Below, one piece after another: positions 36,981 to 49,730 of a DNA stretch of 64,000 nt. The position numbers and the translations under genes were made by a program. How positions within the stretch are numbered: position 1 is the first letter of the stretch; each line of letters starts with the position of its first letter. The notes beneath the pieces were generated by a model. The model did not search any database and had not been told where the DNA came from. It worked only from the letters and a program-made list of their open reading frames with translations. The stretch lies in contig VJWM01000068.1 in the NCBI GenBank assembly GCA_010909165.1, positions 682,001-746,000 on the forward strand, read 5' to 3'. Source of the DNA: Anthoceros angustus. Lineage: Eukaryota; Plantae; Anthocerotophyta.

Positions 36981-37513
36981 GCAAACAAATCGGCCTGACA
37001 GAGATCGAGCAAAACCTGGCCTTGACAAGTGTAGAGTTATCTGAGGCTCATGCAGCTGGCTTCGGAGTCCCGGTATTCGGCGAACGCAACATGATATGGT
37101 GTCTAGTAGCAAATGTCTTTCCAGCTTAGTAGCTGACAGCTGGAAGCCTTCACTTATTTTGCAGGCAAAACCTTTTAAGTAGTGAATATCTTTCCAGAAC
37201 CCTCTTGTCAGAAGTTGAGAGTACCTTGCTGTGTAAACATATAGATTTAATTTTTATGGAAAGTTCCTTGGGCTTATAGATTTAATTTTTATGGAAAGTT
37301 CCTTGGGCTTATAGATTTAATGTTTTATGGAAAGTTCCTTGGGCTTTGGCTTTTGCCTTTCTTGGGCATTCGGTAATTGCCTTCCTTGGGCATTCGGTAA
37401 TTGCCTTCCTTGGGCATTCGGTAATTGCCTTCTGTCGTCCGAAGCTTAAGGAGGAATATAGGCCGGTTTTCCTATATATGTGAAAGAGTTGAGCATTATT
37501 TTCAACTGCAAAC

Positions 37514-38494
37514 ATGGAGTCCTCTGTGGGCAAGTATCTGCTGGGGCCAGTGCTTGGGGAGGGGATGTTTGGCACTGTCATTGCTGCAGAACATATGGAC
37601 ACTGGCCACCTGGTGGCAATCAAGATGCTGGATAAAGAAAGGGTTTTTAATGGGACTGGATTGGACCTTGTTAGACGGGAGATTTGTATCATGTCACAGA
37701 TGAGGCATCCCAACGTTGTCAGGTTGTTTGAGGTGATTGAGACTGAGACCCATTTTTGTTTGGTAATGGAGTATCTTCCACACGGCGACTTGCTTGAGAA
37801 ACTACGTGTGGAGGATTTGTCCGAAACTGAAGCTAGGAGATTTTTCCACCAACTCATCAGTGCCGTTCACTACTGCCACAGAAGAGGTGTCTATCATAGG
37901 GATATCAAGCTGGAGAACTTATTGTTAGATGCAAAAAATGATTTGAAATTAGGGGATTTCGGCGTAAGTGCTATGTCAGATCAGGTCAAGGACGATGGGC
38001 TGCTTCACTCATTCTGTGGAACAGACAACTATCTTGCTCCTGAAGTGTTGCGCAGGAAAGGATACGAGGGATCAGCTACAGACCTCTGGTCATGTGGTGT
38101 GGTACTTTATCGTCTATTAGCTGGAAAATTCCCATTCGAAGGAGAATCGAGCGTTTACCGCACGTACACGAAGATACTGAAGGCCAGATTTGATATCCCC
38201 CCTGGATTATCACCAGGGGCCAGTAGCATGATCCGGAGATTGCTAGTCGTCGACCCCAAGAAGCGATTGACTGCAGCTCAGATTTTGGAAGATGAGTGGT
38301 TTAAGCAAGGCTACGTCGCTCCCGACGTCCACGATCCGGCGGGACATTTCACTGTGACACTGGACGCCTTCCCTAAAGGATTCACCTGTTCTCTCAACTC
38401 AGCCTTTTTACAACAGCTAGCCGTACCGCAGGATGGCATCCCCATCGCTCCAGGCGGTCAAGTCACGCTTCCTAATACAGTCAAACCCCTCTAA
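37514..38494 (+). CDS. Intronless CIPK/SnRK3-like Ser/Thr kinase, 326 aa, lacking a normal NAF/C-terminal domain
   Basis: GKYLLGPVLGEGMFG, VAIK, REICIM..HPNVV, ARRFFHQLISAVHYCHRRGVYHRDIKLEN, DFGVSA..DDGLLHSFCGT.NYLAPEVLRRKGYEG..DLWSCGV; the stop codon lies in the pogo TIR. Confidence 0.85.
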   Translation: MESSVGKYLLGPVLGEGMFGTVIAAEHMDTGHLVAIKMLDKERVFNGTGLDLVRREICIMSQMRHPNVVRLFEVIETETHFCLVMEYLPHGDLLEKLRVEDLSETEARRFFHQLISAVHYCHRRGVYHRDIKLENLLLDAKNDLKLGDFGVSAMSDQVKDDGLLHSFCGTDNYLAPEVLRRKGYEGSATDLWSCGVVLYRLLAGKFPFEGESSVYRTYTKILKARFDIPPGLSPGASSMIRRLLVVDPKKRLTAAQILEDEWFKQGYVAPDVHDPAGHFTVTLDAFPKGFTCSLNSAFLQQLAVPQDGIPIAPGGQVTLPNTVKPL

Positions 38495-39324
38495 TTGGGA
38501 CCCCTATAAATGGGAACCCCCTTTAAATGGGACGCCAGGGCTTACTCCCTTGAATGGCTACATGCTAAATGGAAACCCCTCTAATTTGTAAATGAGAACA
38601 TGTCTCCCAAACATTCAATGCAAGTACACCTATGTAAAAGGGAAAATATATATTTAAAATAAAAATAAAAAATTTGAGGAAATCGTCTATCGAGATTAAA
38701 TCATGAGTTATTGAGATTATGTTAAGTTAAAGGCTATCGAGATTATATCATAAAACATAGACATCCTATATATGTAGTAGTTCAGACACTATGCTTTGTG
38801 ATCAAGCATTGTTCCTAGTCCTCCTCCGCCAATGAGGAGGGTGAGGAGAATGATACGTCAATGGAGACCGTGGTGAGGAGAATGATACACAATAATGGAG
38901 ACCATAGCGCCAAGACCGCATTTACAAAGGATGTCAGATAATGCTATGAGGATAGCGAAGATGCTTTTGGAAGAGATGCCACATAACACTCTTGATGCTT
39001 TGAAGTTGCATTCTCAATTGGAAAAACATATTGCTAGTCATTGGATGAAAGCAACTCAGCATCAATCAAGGATCGATGATTATTTTAACCCGGCAAACTA
39101 GAATTAGGTTGGCAGCTATGTAGTATGAGGGAGCATTTTGGATTTTTTTAGATTTTTTGGATTTTTAGGAAGCTTTTAAGCTCTTTCGAATTTTTGATTT
39201 AAAGGATTTTTTGATTTTTTAAATATTTTATTTTCAAAAAGGATGAAAATGCCTAAACGGGAACCCCTCTAAATGGGACGATTTTTGCTACTCCCAATTG
39301 TTCCCAATTAGAGGGGTCTGACTG
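38478..39324 (+). mobile_element. pogo-like (Tc1/mariner) non-autonomous element with 23-bp TIRs and TA TSD
   Basis: TA|cagtcaaacccctctaattggga ... tcccaattagaggggtctgactg|TA (22/23 match). Confidence 0.88.
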
Positions 39325-39589
39325 TATCACAAGCCAGGAAGAGTCAGGCACTGAACTTTTCGACCCCATACCGGCAGTTTGTGAAGAAATGTACAGCAGC
39401 TGCCAAACAGCCTAGTTTCACTGCGAAGAGCAAGAAGCGGAAGGTGTGAAAGATGCCCTGCCAAAGGAGACGATAGCTCCTTGTTGAACTTTACCTTGTA
39501 AGCACGTGTTTCCACATCGTTAATATTCATTCAAACCATTTCAGCAAAAACGACTCGGTCTCGTTCGAGTTGCTCTTTAACCCCTAAAC

Positions 39590-39830
39590 GGCGGGCTATC
39601 TAGGCTATTCAACGCTGGCTCAACTAGAGTCCGCTCCACCCACAGCAGAGCTGGAGCCTATTTGAGAAGATTACACTCAGGTGAACTGCTAAAATGGCAT
39701 CAGGGCAGCGTGCTCATGGATGGCTTTGTTGCATACAGATGACGCCGACCTGGGCATGACATATGACGAGCTTTCCATGTATGGTCGCCGCCGGAAAGTT
39801 TTTCGCTGTGGTCCTGTCTCAATGTTTCAG
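39590..39830 (+). pseudogene. QNS1: Second NAD+ synthetase fragment, copy 2
   Basis: Duplicate of 19365-19606. Confidence 0.82.
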
Positions 39831-40111
39831 GTTAGACCTCCCTGATTGAAGTGTGCATTTGCTCGGCTTTTCATGCCCATCTCTCCATATCCCTGCAATA
39901 CGAGGCCATGTTGCCTTCCTTGTCGTGCTGAGACAGGTAGATGTCATCACGCCTGCCCTTCCTGGAAGCTTGGTTGCACCAATCCTTGAGCACACATCAG
40001 GGATGTGTGATTGATGATCAGCAGTATGTTATCTCAGTTGGCACACTCCATGAGTAGTTCACTGCTAGACACACGGGATCATTTCGTCATCCATCAGTGC
40101 ACTTAGCTCCT

Positions 40112-40652
40112 TCAGCTTCTCATGGACCTCTCCGATTGGTTGCAGTTGTTTCCCACCTTGTCCTCGTGCTCAATGCAGCTCCGACCTGGTCTTTTCCAAC
40201 CTACAGCCAACAATCTTAGTCGCTGAACTTGTTGTGCATCGTCCCATCTTAGTGCGTGAGAATAGACGTTTGACATTAGGACGTATGCTGCACAGTTCTT
40301 GGAATCGAGGCTTACAGCTCTCTCAAAAGCTCGTTTTCCAAGCTCCACGTTTACGTACTTCCCACAAGCCCCTCTGTAGGAGAAGACTATAACGTCGTGC
40401 ACTGCGTGAGGATCCAAGAAGAGTTCTGGACGCGACGTTCTTCGTCTCCAGAGCACAAGAGGAGGGAAGTGAGAGGAGTAGGACGAGGGCCACGGAGACG
40501 GATGAAGCAACTGCCGCCGGGACCACTTTCGAGTGGTGGTGCGATGAAGCGTGGGAGGCAAAGTTGATCACCCCAACATCATATGACCGCGCTACACGAT
40601 CCTGAAAACCCGCCGCTGGTGAAGGTTTGGACTGTGGCCGAGCCTGAGCTGT
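40112..40652 (-). pseudogene. RLK-PPR chimeric remnant, copy 2
   Basis: Its 149-aa ORF is identical to 19885-20334. Confidence 0.8.
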
Positions 40653-40706
40653 ATTACGAAACTGCGCCGGGAGGGGCGTCCCGGAGTAGACATGTCGAGG
40701 CCATTA

Positions 40707-40926
40707 TGTGCAAAATGGCTTAGTCCAAATGGACACATTTATAAGAACGTCGTTATTGAGCATCCTGTGCTTGGATGGGTACTTAGATGGGGTTGCCTAG
40801 AGGGAATGGATGCCTTTGGTGCAAGTAGCTTAAGCACACCATGATACAAGTTATCAAGTATCAAATCCCATGACGGAAATCTGTCCTTAGTGGACTTAAA
40901 TAAAATTCTTCTCCTTCTTCTTCATT
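40707..40926 (+). mobile_element. LINE 3' end with (TTC)n tail, copy 2
   Basis: Duplicate of 20479-20697. Confidence 0.65.
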
Positions 40927-42649
40927 AGGCTGAGGAATGTATAAGCCGGGTGTCCGGAACGATACCAGTTCCGTGACGACGATACCAGTTCCGTGACGCA
41001 AAGTGCGCCATCGAGAAAGACCTGCTCCTTTCTCGGCCGCAAGGCGACGTAAGGAGCCCTGTACATAGACCAGGTTGCTCCAGCGGAATTTATAGTAACG
41101 TTTTTCACTGTAAGTTCAAGTTTGGCCCTGAAGAAATTCTTTCATTATTCACTCTAATGGATTAAAATATTTTATACTTTCAATACAAAACTTTCAGGAT
41201 GCTTGGAGCTATTTCCAAAATGCTTGTCATCAATTTCCTGAAATAAATTAAATAAATAAAATTTATAAGTAATTTAAATGTACTTATAAACCTGTAAAAT
41301 AAAAATTACCTTCATTAAGTATTGTTGGCTTCATTTTTTTTTGCTACCTCCCGGTGAAAGCTGCTTGATAAGGCCTTGAAATAGGCTTAAGAAATGCCAA
41401 AGTTTGTCTAAGTTTCTGATTTTCTGCAATCGAAATGAATTAATTAGAATAAATTAAATTATAGGTATAGTTTAAGTAAATGTATATTTAATCACTCTTT
41501 GGTTATTTCCCCAAATAGTCTGGTACAGCTACAAAATGAAAATGCAACAAGTTAGTTTAAATTTGACTTATGTTTACCTCGAGAAATCTTGCCAACATAA
41601 ACTCGAGTAGTGTACCATAATTTTAAGGTCTCCCAACTCGTATGGATGGGCTCAACTTGTTTACAATGATTTTGACAACTCTAAAGAAGGTGTAAGTTCA
41701 AATGAAAGAATACACAACATAACTCAAATGTGTAAGATTTTCAAAAACTTGTTATTCTTATGTTGTCCAAGAATCAGGATTCTTTAAGATCTTCAAGTGA
41801 TCTTCTGCTGCCAACTCTTTGTCAAATAAAGTGTTCAAGAGCTCTGCATTTACCAAAGCAAATAGGTTAGTATTAAGATATTAAGATATTAAAATATTTA
41901 TATATGAATAAAAATTCCTATTTTTTAATTCTTCTCTGTTTGGCGTGTCTCCGGGCAGTGTGCCTTGCAATCTGCATAAAATAATAATTCATATTTAGAT
42001 ATAGTCAATCATTCAAAAGTCAAGCAATTAAGGAAGCTTAGTGGAGACTGTTGTTGCCAAGATCTTCAATAGGATCGTCTTCTATCATAATAGGAGTGTC
42101 CTATTATGTAGGAAGATATCATAATATCACTCCTATCGGGATACTCCTGACGCGTGGGACAAAGTCAACGTGACTTGGCAGTTGCATTGCCTTTGTTATC
42201 ATCATCACAAAATGGCTGAGGTCTTGGCCTCCGAGGAGCAAAAAATGGCTGAGATCCTAGTTTTGAACACTGAAGAAGGAGCGCCATCGCAGAAGAGGAA
42301 GCTGGAGGATTCTCTTTGGTGGGAACAAAGTGGAGTACTGCCTACTATCCATAAGCTGTTTGCCAATGCTAGCAATTTCGTGAAGGATCACTATAGACAC
42401 GACCACTATCTCACGTTGTTGCGATCCAACAAGCGCCCAGCAAGTGCCCAACAAAGTGCTCAATGCTTCCACAAAATCACCGTCTACTTGCAACCTTACT
42501 ACCTTGCAACCTTCTTGGTATACCTGATGGCACTTCTTGATCGGATAGCATGAAGCGGACATTGCGGGATAGCATAGCAAAGGACAGCAAGTTTCGGGCT
42601 CAAGCCGACTGCAGGTGCTGACTTGCGGGTAGTGCACATTATCAAGGGT

Positions 42650-43530
42650 GGTGAGCGCAATGGCAAGGACCATGCCCAATGACGACATTACTTGGATAAG
42701 GAATGTTCGTCGCCGCCGTGAAGCACCAGCCATCGAGCCTGCGATAGAATCTGAGCCCGAGTTCGTCGTTGCTCGTAATCGAGATATCCCGCAGATGCCC
42801 TGCCCTTGCCCCTTTTGTCAAAACCAAGGGTGGGCGAGAGGTGATCATTTTGCCCGACATTGCATGCAATTTTTAAGGGAACATGAAGTGATGGTGAGGG
42901 AACAGGAAGTGATGGTGAGGGAAGAGGAACTGTGTCCAGGTGTAGAAGGTGGGGAAGAGTAATTGGGTGTAGAAGGTGAGGGAAGAGTGCGAGTGTAGAA
43001 GGTGGCTTTCACCACCGCTTGACAATGCACCGTGGTATGAAGGGGGCTCCAATTCTGATGGAAGTGACAATACATCAGAAGACGAGTTCCTCACTTCTCC
43101 TCTCACATCGGATGACGATGACAAGCTAGAGGATGGCGAGGATCATTTTGAAGAACTAGCAGACAGCATTGCTGCCACAGGAGCCTATCCATGAATGTTG
43201 GTGAAGATGATGAGGATCCTTGGCCCAACAAAATAAGAGTAGCAGCACAGACTAAGTTGTGTGAGGGTTCCGACGAGAACTGTTTGACTACAACGTTGCA
43301 CTTGTTGTATATGCAAATGCAATTCAAGGTATCAGACGTTTTTATGAACGCTTTATTTGGATTCTTGGCAACCAGAGCCCTTCCGAAGCCCAATAATATG
43401 CCAAAAACGTGAGGGGATGCAGGGAAACTGCTGCTACATGTTGGCCAAGACTATGAGAAAATTGACTTATGTATTGGAGACTGTCTGCTTTTTAGAGGAC
43501 CTATGGACGGGAAGCATAAAACTTGCAGGA
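42650..43530 (+). mobile_element. CACTA transposase remnant, copy 2
   Basis: MPCPCPFCQNQ..HFARH; AQTKLCEGSDENCLTTTLHLLYMQMQFKVSDVFMNALFGFLATRALPKPNNMPK. Confidence 0.78.
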
Positions 43531-44336
43531 AGTGTGGTGAGTACCGATATGAGAAAGGAACTGTGGTGCCTGACACCGTGGCACGTAATGCTAACAAATT
43601 GTGGATGCCGCGGTCGCGGACATGAAATGTTGCGTGCCGCAATGGCGCGGCAACGCAAATGACCTCAACGCAACCCTAACCCAAAAGAAGAAAAGTTTCT
43701 ATGTGTCGTGGAATCATTTTGTGTATCATGAGATAGGTTGACCACATCGGGACACCGGGGGGGCCGCAACCCCAACCGATGTGGTCATGCATGACATGCC
43801 GAAATAGTTCCACCGTATGCGGCGGGACTATTTCATTCTGTCCATAACCCTAAAAAACTATTTCTTTCTGCCCATAACCCTAAAACAATGTGGATGCCGC
43901 CCGACCATATCGGTATTCCATAGCTAGGCTTTTGATGTACAAAGGAATGAACAACATACACTAGGCTTTATTTAGACTCCTGGAGTCCACTAACGGTCCT
44001 GCATCTTCGTTATTTCTTTCGCTATCGTCCGGCATCCGGCGCTAGCAGAAGAAATATCTTCTACCCCAGAATAATTTACAGGAAACAGTCTTTTGGAACG
44101 AATTTCAAACTCTGACGCACCTATAAGACTGCAGCTCGTGTCATGGGCACCAGCGTTTATCCATTTATAGGTTGTCCTGACAAGCTGACCAGTTCCAACC
44201 AATCCTTGTGCCGTTACCTAAAGGAAAGGAATCTAATGCTGTCCGGATATGAACGGGGACTGCACTGGCAGTATTGCAGTCGCATTGCTGTGCTTTGCTG
44301 CATTGCGAATCGTTTTCTCCTGGCCCGGTCACCTTA

Positions 44337-46848
44337 ATGGCAACCTCCACAAATTGTAGAGCAGTGCTGCTGGCTGTCGTAGTGAGTTGGTTGCAAACCT
44401 TGGGCAGCAGCCAGAGCCTGGGCTGGATCATTGTAGGCTCCACCGGGCTGCCTACTTGCTCCTACTGCGTGAATGTCATCAACGCAAATTCCTTCGCAAC
44501 GTACTCTGGTCTGCAGGTGGGCATCTACCGCTGCCTCAAGTTTGATCACAACGAGCAGTGGGCCGTGGACAACGTTACCAGCACAATTCGGATTCAGGAC
44601 CCAGTGAACAAGACGCTGTGCGTGGAAGCTGGGTTCCAGTCGGACTACAACGGCGGGAATGTCACCCTGCTGCCAATGCACCTCAGTGCTTGCGACGGCA
44701 GCGCCAAGCAGCAGTGGTTTTTCGACTCGGCCGCCAGGACTGTGAGAAGCGGGGTTACGGATTCGGATGGTGGTCCTGTGTACATGGTGGTGGGAAATCT
44801 GCCGAGCTTGGGGAACCAGCAGACGTCCGCTTACTACAACCTCTACCTCAGCACGCTTCGGGCGCCGGGGATTGTTTTCTCTCAGCTCACTTTCCTGCCT
44901 GCGTCCAGTTTGCTGAACAACCACTCCGATCTGTTGCTCAATATCAGGAGTGCAGATCGGGGGCAGAATTCGGGAAATTTGATCGACAACGGGGGCTTCG
45001 AGCGCGCTACGGTTCTGGGGAACTGGCCTGCTGGAATCAACTGCACCGAGTTCACGCCTGCCTGCTCCAAGGCGGATTTCTTCACCGGTGAGATCTTCTC
45101 CCTTTGCTCGTGGGTCATCGACAATCCCCCGTTGCGGCCCCTATGGATTCACAACCGAGATCCGGCCTGGACGGCTGCAGAAGGCAACTCCAGCCTGCTG
45201 CTTACCAACGGGGTGTCCATCAACCAGAGCTTCCCCACAGAACCCAACTCCACGTACCTGCTTTCTTTTTCCTTGGCTGGGTTTCTCACACCCGCTGTCA
45301 CAACCGACAGCTACCAGCGTTGCTTCAATGAGACAGGATACGTGACAGTTACAGCGGGCGGCGTGAAGTTCTCGGCGTTCTCGGTGGATCAAGCCAGCCC
45401 AGATGGCAGAGACACCTTGTGGTTCCCCAAGACCTTGACCTTCAACAGCCCAGGCTCGGCTACAGTCGTCTCCTTTACGAGCGGCGGGTTTTCAGGATCG
45501 TGTGGCGCCGTCATAGATGGCGTTGGGGTGATCAGCGTTGCCTCCCCTGCTTCATCGCACCGCCACACGAAAGTGGTGGCGGCGGCAGTTGCTTCATCCC
45601 TCTTCGTGGCCCTCGTCCTAGCCCTCGCACTTCCTCTTGTGGTCTGGAGAGGAAGAACGTCTCGTCCAGAACTCTACTTGGATCCTCACGCAGTGCATAA
45701 TGTCCGAATGTTCTCCTACAGCGAGATCCAGAGGGCCACGGCCGGTTGGAACATGGTGTTGGGTGAAGGAGGATTCAGTACAGTTTACAAGGCAGAGTTT
45801 TCTGACGGAACGGTTGGAGCAGTAAAAGTGGAGAAACACCGACCGTCTAAACTCTCGGTGTTCGTACAGGAGGTGACTCTATTGCAACGAGTCCATCACA
45901 AAAATCTGGTCAACCTCGTGGGATTCTGTGCGACAAGAGGTTTGCATCCCCATGCTTGCTCTGCTCTCAAAGTTACTCCGTGCCAGACATCTGGCTAGCA
46001 TGTAGGGGTTTATACACTCCATTCTTTTCCCACGTGTCTGTGGGACGCTCACAGCTTGGTCCTTCTCTTTGCCAGATCATCGTGTTCTTGTGTTTGAGTA
46101 TCTCCCCAACAAAACGTTGTATCAAAGGCTGCATCCTGACCAGGATAAGGAAGATGAGAAGGATAACGTCATGCTCTCTTGGGACACTCGGATGAAAATC
46201 ATCTACCAAGTTGCTTGCGCCCTCGAGTATCTGCATCACGGCACCAGCCCTCCAGTTGTGCACCGGGACATCAAATCCGCCAACATCTTGCTCACAGCTA
46301 CTGATTCAGCCAAGCTTGCTGACTTCGGGCTGTCCAAGGCTGCGCCGCCGGGTGCCACATCTTTCCAGTCTGTCAACACGGTGGTGAGGGGCTCCCTAGG
46401 GTATTTGGACCCCAGGTATGTGCGGACTGGAGTGTACTCTCCCAAGAGCGACGTGTACAGCTTTGGAGTGGTAGTGCTGGAGGTCGTCAGTGGCTACCCA
46501 GCCATCAAAGACATGGACCTCCTTCCATACTGGGCCGCCGACTATCTGTCCGACCCAGATCTTGCCTCTGAGATAGTCGACAAGCGCCTTTCTGGAGAGT
46601 TTGATGATGCAGATCTCCACATCCTGATCGACCTTATGAAGATGTGTCTTCAAGAGGAGTCCGACCTAAGGCCTACCATGCAGCAGGTTTTGTCATTCCT
46701 GGCGGATTCGCACTTCAGCGGACATCCCTCTCCACATCTGGCGCCCATCCCTGATGCACTCTTAAAGACACCACCAAGGGTCGAAATACCGGTAAGAGAT
46801 ACGTCCAGTTCCTCACAGTCTTTCTCCTCCAACAAGAGTCTCGAGTGA
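44337..46848 (+). CDS. Receptor-like kinase B: signal peptide + ricin-B lectin + DUF642-like domain + TM + RD kinase (URK-1-like); join(44337..45939,46076..46848), 791 aa
   Basis: NEQW/KQQW lectin motifs; NLIDNGGFE...CGAVIDGV; TM; TVYKAEFSDG, HRDIKSAN, DFG; phase-1 intron 45940-46075 at the same position as in RLK-A. Confidence 0.93.
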
Positions 46849-48796
46849 CAAGCAAACTCCAGTGGCAACTGCGTAGCCAGAGATTCGGTGTGGTGAGCAT
46901 GGGTTTGCATCTGGCCATCTTTGTCAGACTACTTGAAGATACCTGGGCACATGACATACTACTGATGATGCCTTGGGAAATTGCCCTGACCGACTGTGGA
47001 ATTAACGTAACAGCCTGCTTAGCCTAGCTTATCGTAGCCTAAAGAAATTACCTATCTCAAAAGCTTACCGAACTGCCGTCTACAAAGACATCACACTGAC
47101 GTCCTCACTCTAATTCGAAAACATGAAGCGGCTTCCCCCTTCTCCACTGCCATGGGCCCATTGTTGTACGGGCCTGCAGGAGGCAACACAAAGGTCATGG
47201 AATTCGGTGCAGCCGGATTCCTTTTCAAGATGACGAGTCTTCTTTCTTACATATGATGGCTTTCCATACAAGGAACAGCGGCCTGGCGGCCGCTGATCGT
47301 CTTGGGCGTGCAGGCCATTTAAATGAGGCAGACAGCATGTTGCAGTTATAAAGTGAGAGCCGAAGTGCTCACACTTGTGGGGTTGACATCTTTGCTGAGA
47401 TCCAACAGGTAAAAAGGCAAGGGAATATAGGGAGGGCGACACGGTGTTTTGAAGTCTCGTTAGAGCAGAGCCTCAGCGAGAATCTGCGTGTGTGCTCCTG
47501 GCGAAGGCCTATGCATATGCAGGTAGGTGGACCAATGTGGAGAGATTGAAAGACAGAGAATGGCAGGAGAGGCTAACAAGAAACCTGCAGGGGCGGGCAT
47601 TGAGGTGAAGAAGCAGCATGTACGTACATTTGTGGTGGGAGAACACAAAGGTGATATTGCGCTCTTGAAGGTAGATAGCTGAAAGGCGGTAGTTTGAGGA
47701 GTTGGTTAACCTCATCCTTGCCATTTCCAAGCACTCGCTACTGTCAACTGTTGGAACCCTGAACTCCTAAGCCGAAGAACCTGGCTGGGTAAATTAGCAT
47801 AGTTTGTTGCATGATTCTGCAGGGAGGATCACAGCTGCTGCATCTAAAAGCCTATAGCCTTTCTTACTAACAGGGCGTCACATGGAAGATATCCACTCAC
47901 TAGCAAAAGGCATACGCAACAACAGATTCTTGTCAGTCTCAGAATAATCCTACGTCCTCACTGTCCATCCTTTTATCGGACAGCTGTGGCAAGGATACTG
48001 CACGTTATGAGTTGTAGACACAAAACCGTCAATAGCCTGCTATGTGTCGTTTGTCAATGACAGACCTGGTCCCATGAGTGAAGTTTTTTTGTCAATAGTA
48101 GATCTGGTTAAAGAAGAGAAAGCAATCCGTGTTGAAATCTTAAGAGGCTGGGAATGATAAACCATTGCCTGGCTGGCAGTGGTGGGCACTGTGATCAGCA
48201 AGATTGACATCAGAACACCGAAGTACAGAGCCACTACAAGCGGACGAACCGTTGCACATATCTTCCAATTGCGCGCAGACTTATTATCTACGGATGGAAC
48301 ATTTGGGGGAGAGGGGGGTGATCGATCATTTGGTTTGATTTGAAGACGCGGGGCGGGTCGAACGCAAAAAGGAGGTAGGGGGGTGGCACTTCCAGCGTCA
48401 GGATGAGAGATACTTGTGTCGGTTCGGGGGGCATTGCTTCCAACCGCGATTCCTCTGGTGCCAGCTAGGACCCACTACGGTTGGGTTCGTATCGTAGAGC
48501 ATCGTCCAAGTCCTTCCCCAGGACTTACGGTCTCCCCCATCCTCCCCTTAACCGTTTCCAGTGGGCCCTTCAGAGTCGTGGCCGCAAAACTAAGGTATCG
48601 TCCGGGTCATTCCCCGGAGACTTTAGTTTGTCTCCGGCCTACCCCCAACATTGACACAAGTACGTGTGGTTTAATGTTACAGGCACAGCTCGCGTATATG
48701 TCCTGTAATCCATTCAGTTAGTATGGCCAACGATTTGACGGAAAGGATGTGTGGGACGAGATCCCTTCAGGGTGAAACAATTCAGAGCATGGACTT

Positions 48797-49165
48797 ACAA
48801 CAACAACAACAACAACTTTATTTATGTCCACTAAGGATGGAAGAACCATCATGGGACAGAGATAGTACAGCGTAAAAGAGGTTTAAAAACCGAGTACACT
48901 TACATACATCTGAACTAGAGAAGCGCACTGTATGAGGGAAGGTAAAAGAAGGCCTAGAGAAGCAGACTGTATGAGGGAAGGAAAGAAGGCAAAGACTACT
49001 AGGAGTCCAACAAGGGAAGCAGTACCTGTATGAGGGAAGCAGAAAAGAAGGCAAAGACTACTAGGAGTCCAACAAGGACTGCCGAAGATCAAGAAGCTCA
49101 GAGAGACATAGTGGACTTAGAGTGGAAGGCCAGCAGACATTGGATTAAATGTAAATATATTGCAG
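48797..49165 (-). mobile_element. 5'-truncated retroposon 3' end with (TTG)n tail and internal ~37-bp repeats
   Basis: Minus strand ends ...ccatccttagtggacataaataaa(gtt)n; second copy at 49361-49730. Confidence 0.6.
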
Positions 49166-49360
49166 GCATTGCAGCCTACCGAGACAATATGCGTCATATC
49201 TCCACTTCCCGATTCCGAAATATCTCCACTTCCCGATTCCGAAACCGTGATATTACACGCACCACGAATCGTTTTGTAATCCATTCGAACGCCAACGATT
49301 TAATCGAACGGATGTGTGGGACGAGATCCCTCAGGGTGAAACAATTCAGAGCATGGACTT

Positions 49361-49730
49361 ACAACAACAACAACAACAACTTTATTTATGTCCACTAAGG
49401 ATGGAAGAACCATCATGGGACAGAGATAGTACAGCGTAAAAGAGGTTTAAAAACCGAGTACACTTACATACATCTGAACTAGAGAAGCAGTACCTGTATG
49501 AGGGAAGCAGAAAAGAAGGCCTAGAGAAGCAGTACCTGTATGAGGGAAGCAGAAAAGAAGGCAAAGACTACTAGGAGTCCAACAAGGGAAGCAGTACCTG
49601 TATGAGGGAAGCAGAAAAGAAGGCAAAGACTACTAGGAGTCCAACAAGGACTGCCGAAGATCAAGAAGCTCGTAGAGACATAGTGGACTTAGTGGAAGGC
49701 CAGACATTGGATTAAATGTAAATATATTGT
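49361..49730 (-). mobile_element. Second copy of the (TTG)n-tailed retroposon end
   Basis: Tandem duplicate of 48797-49165. Confidence 0.6.

Larger units (their letters stand above)
27853..44366 (+). repeat. Segmental tandem duplication, copy 2
   Basis: Collinear with 7830-24070; extra ~300-bp local duplication near 29400-30020. Confidence 0.95.
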
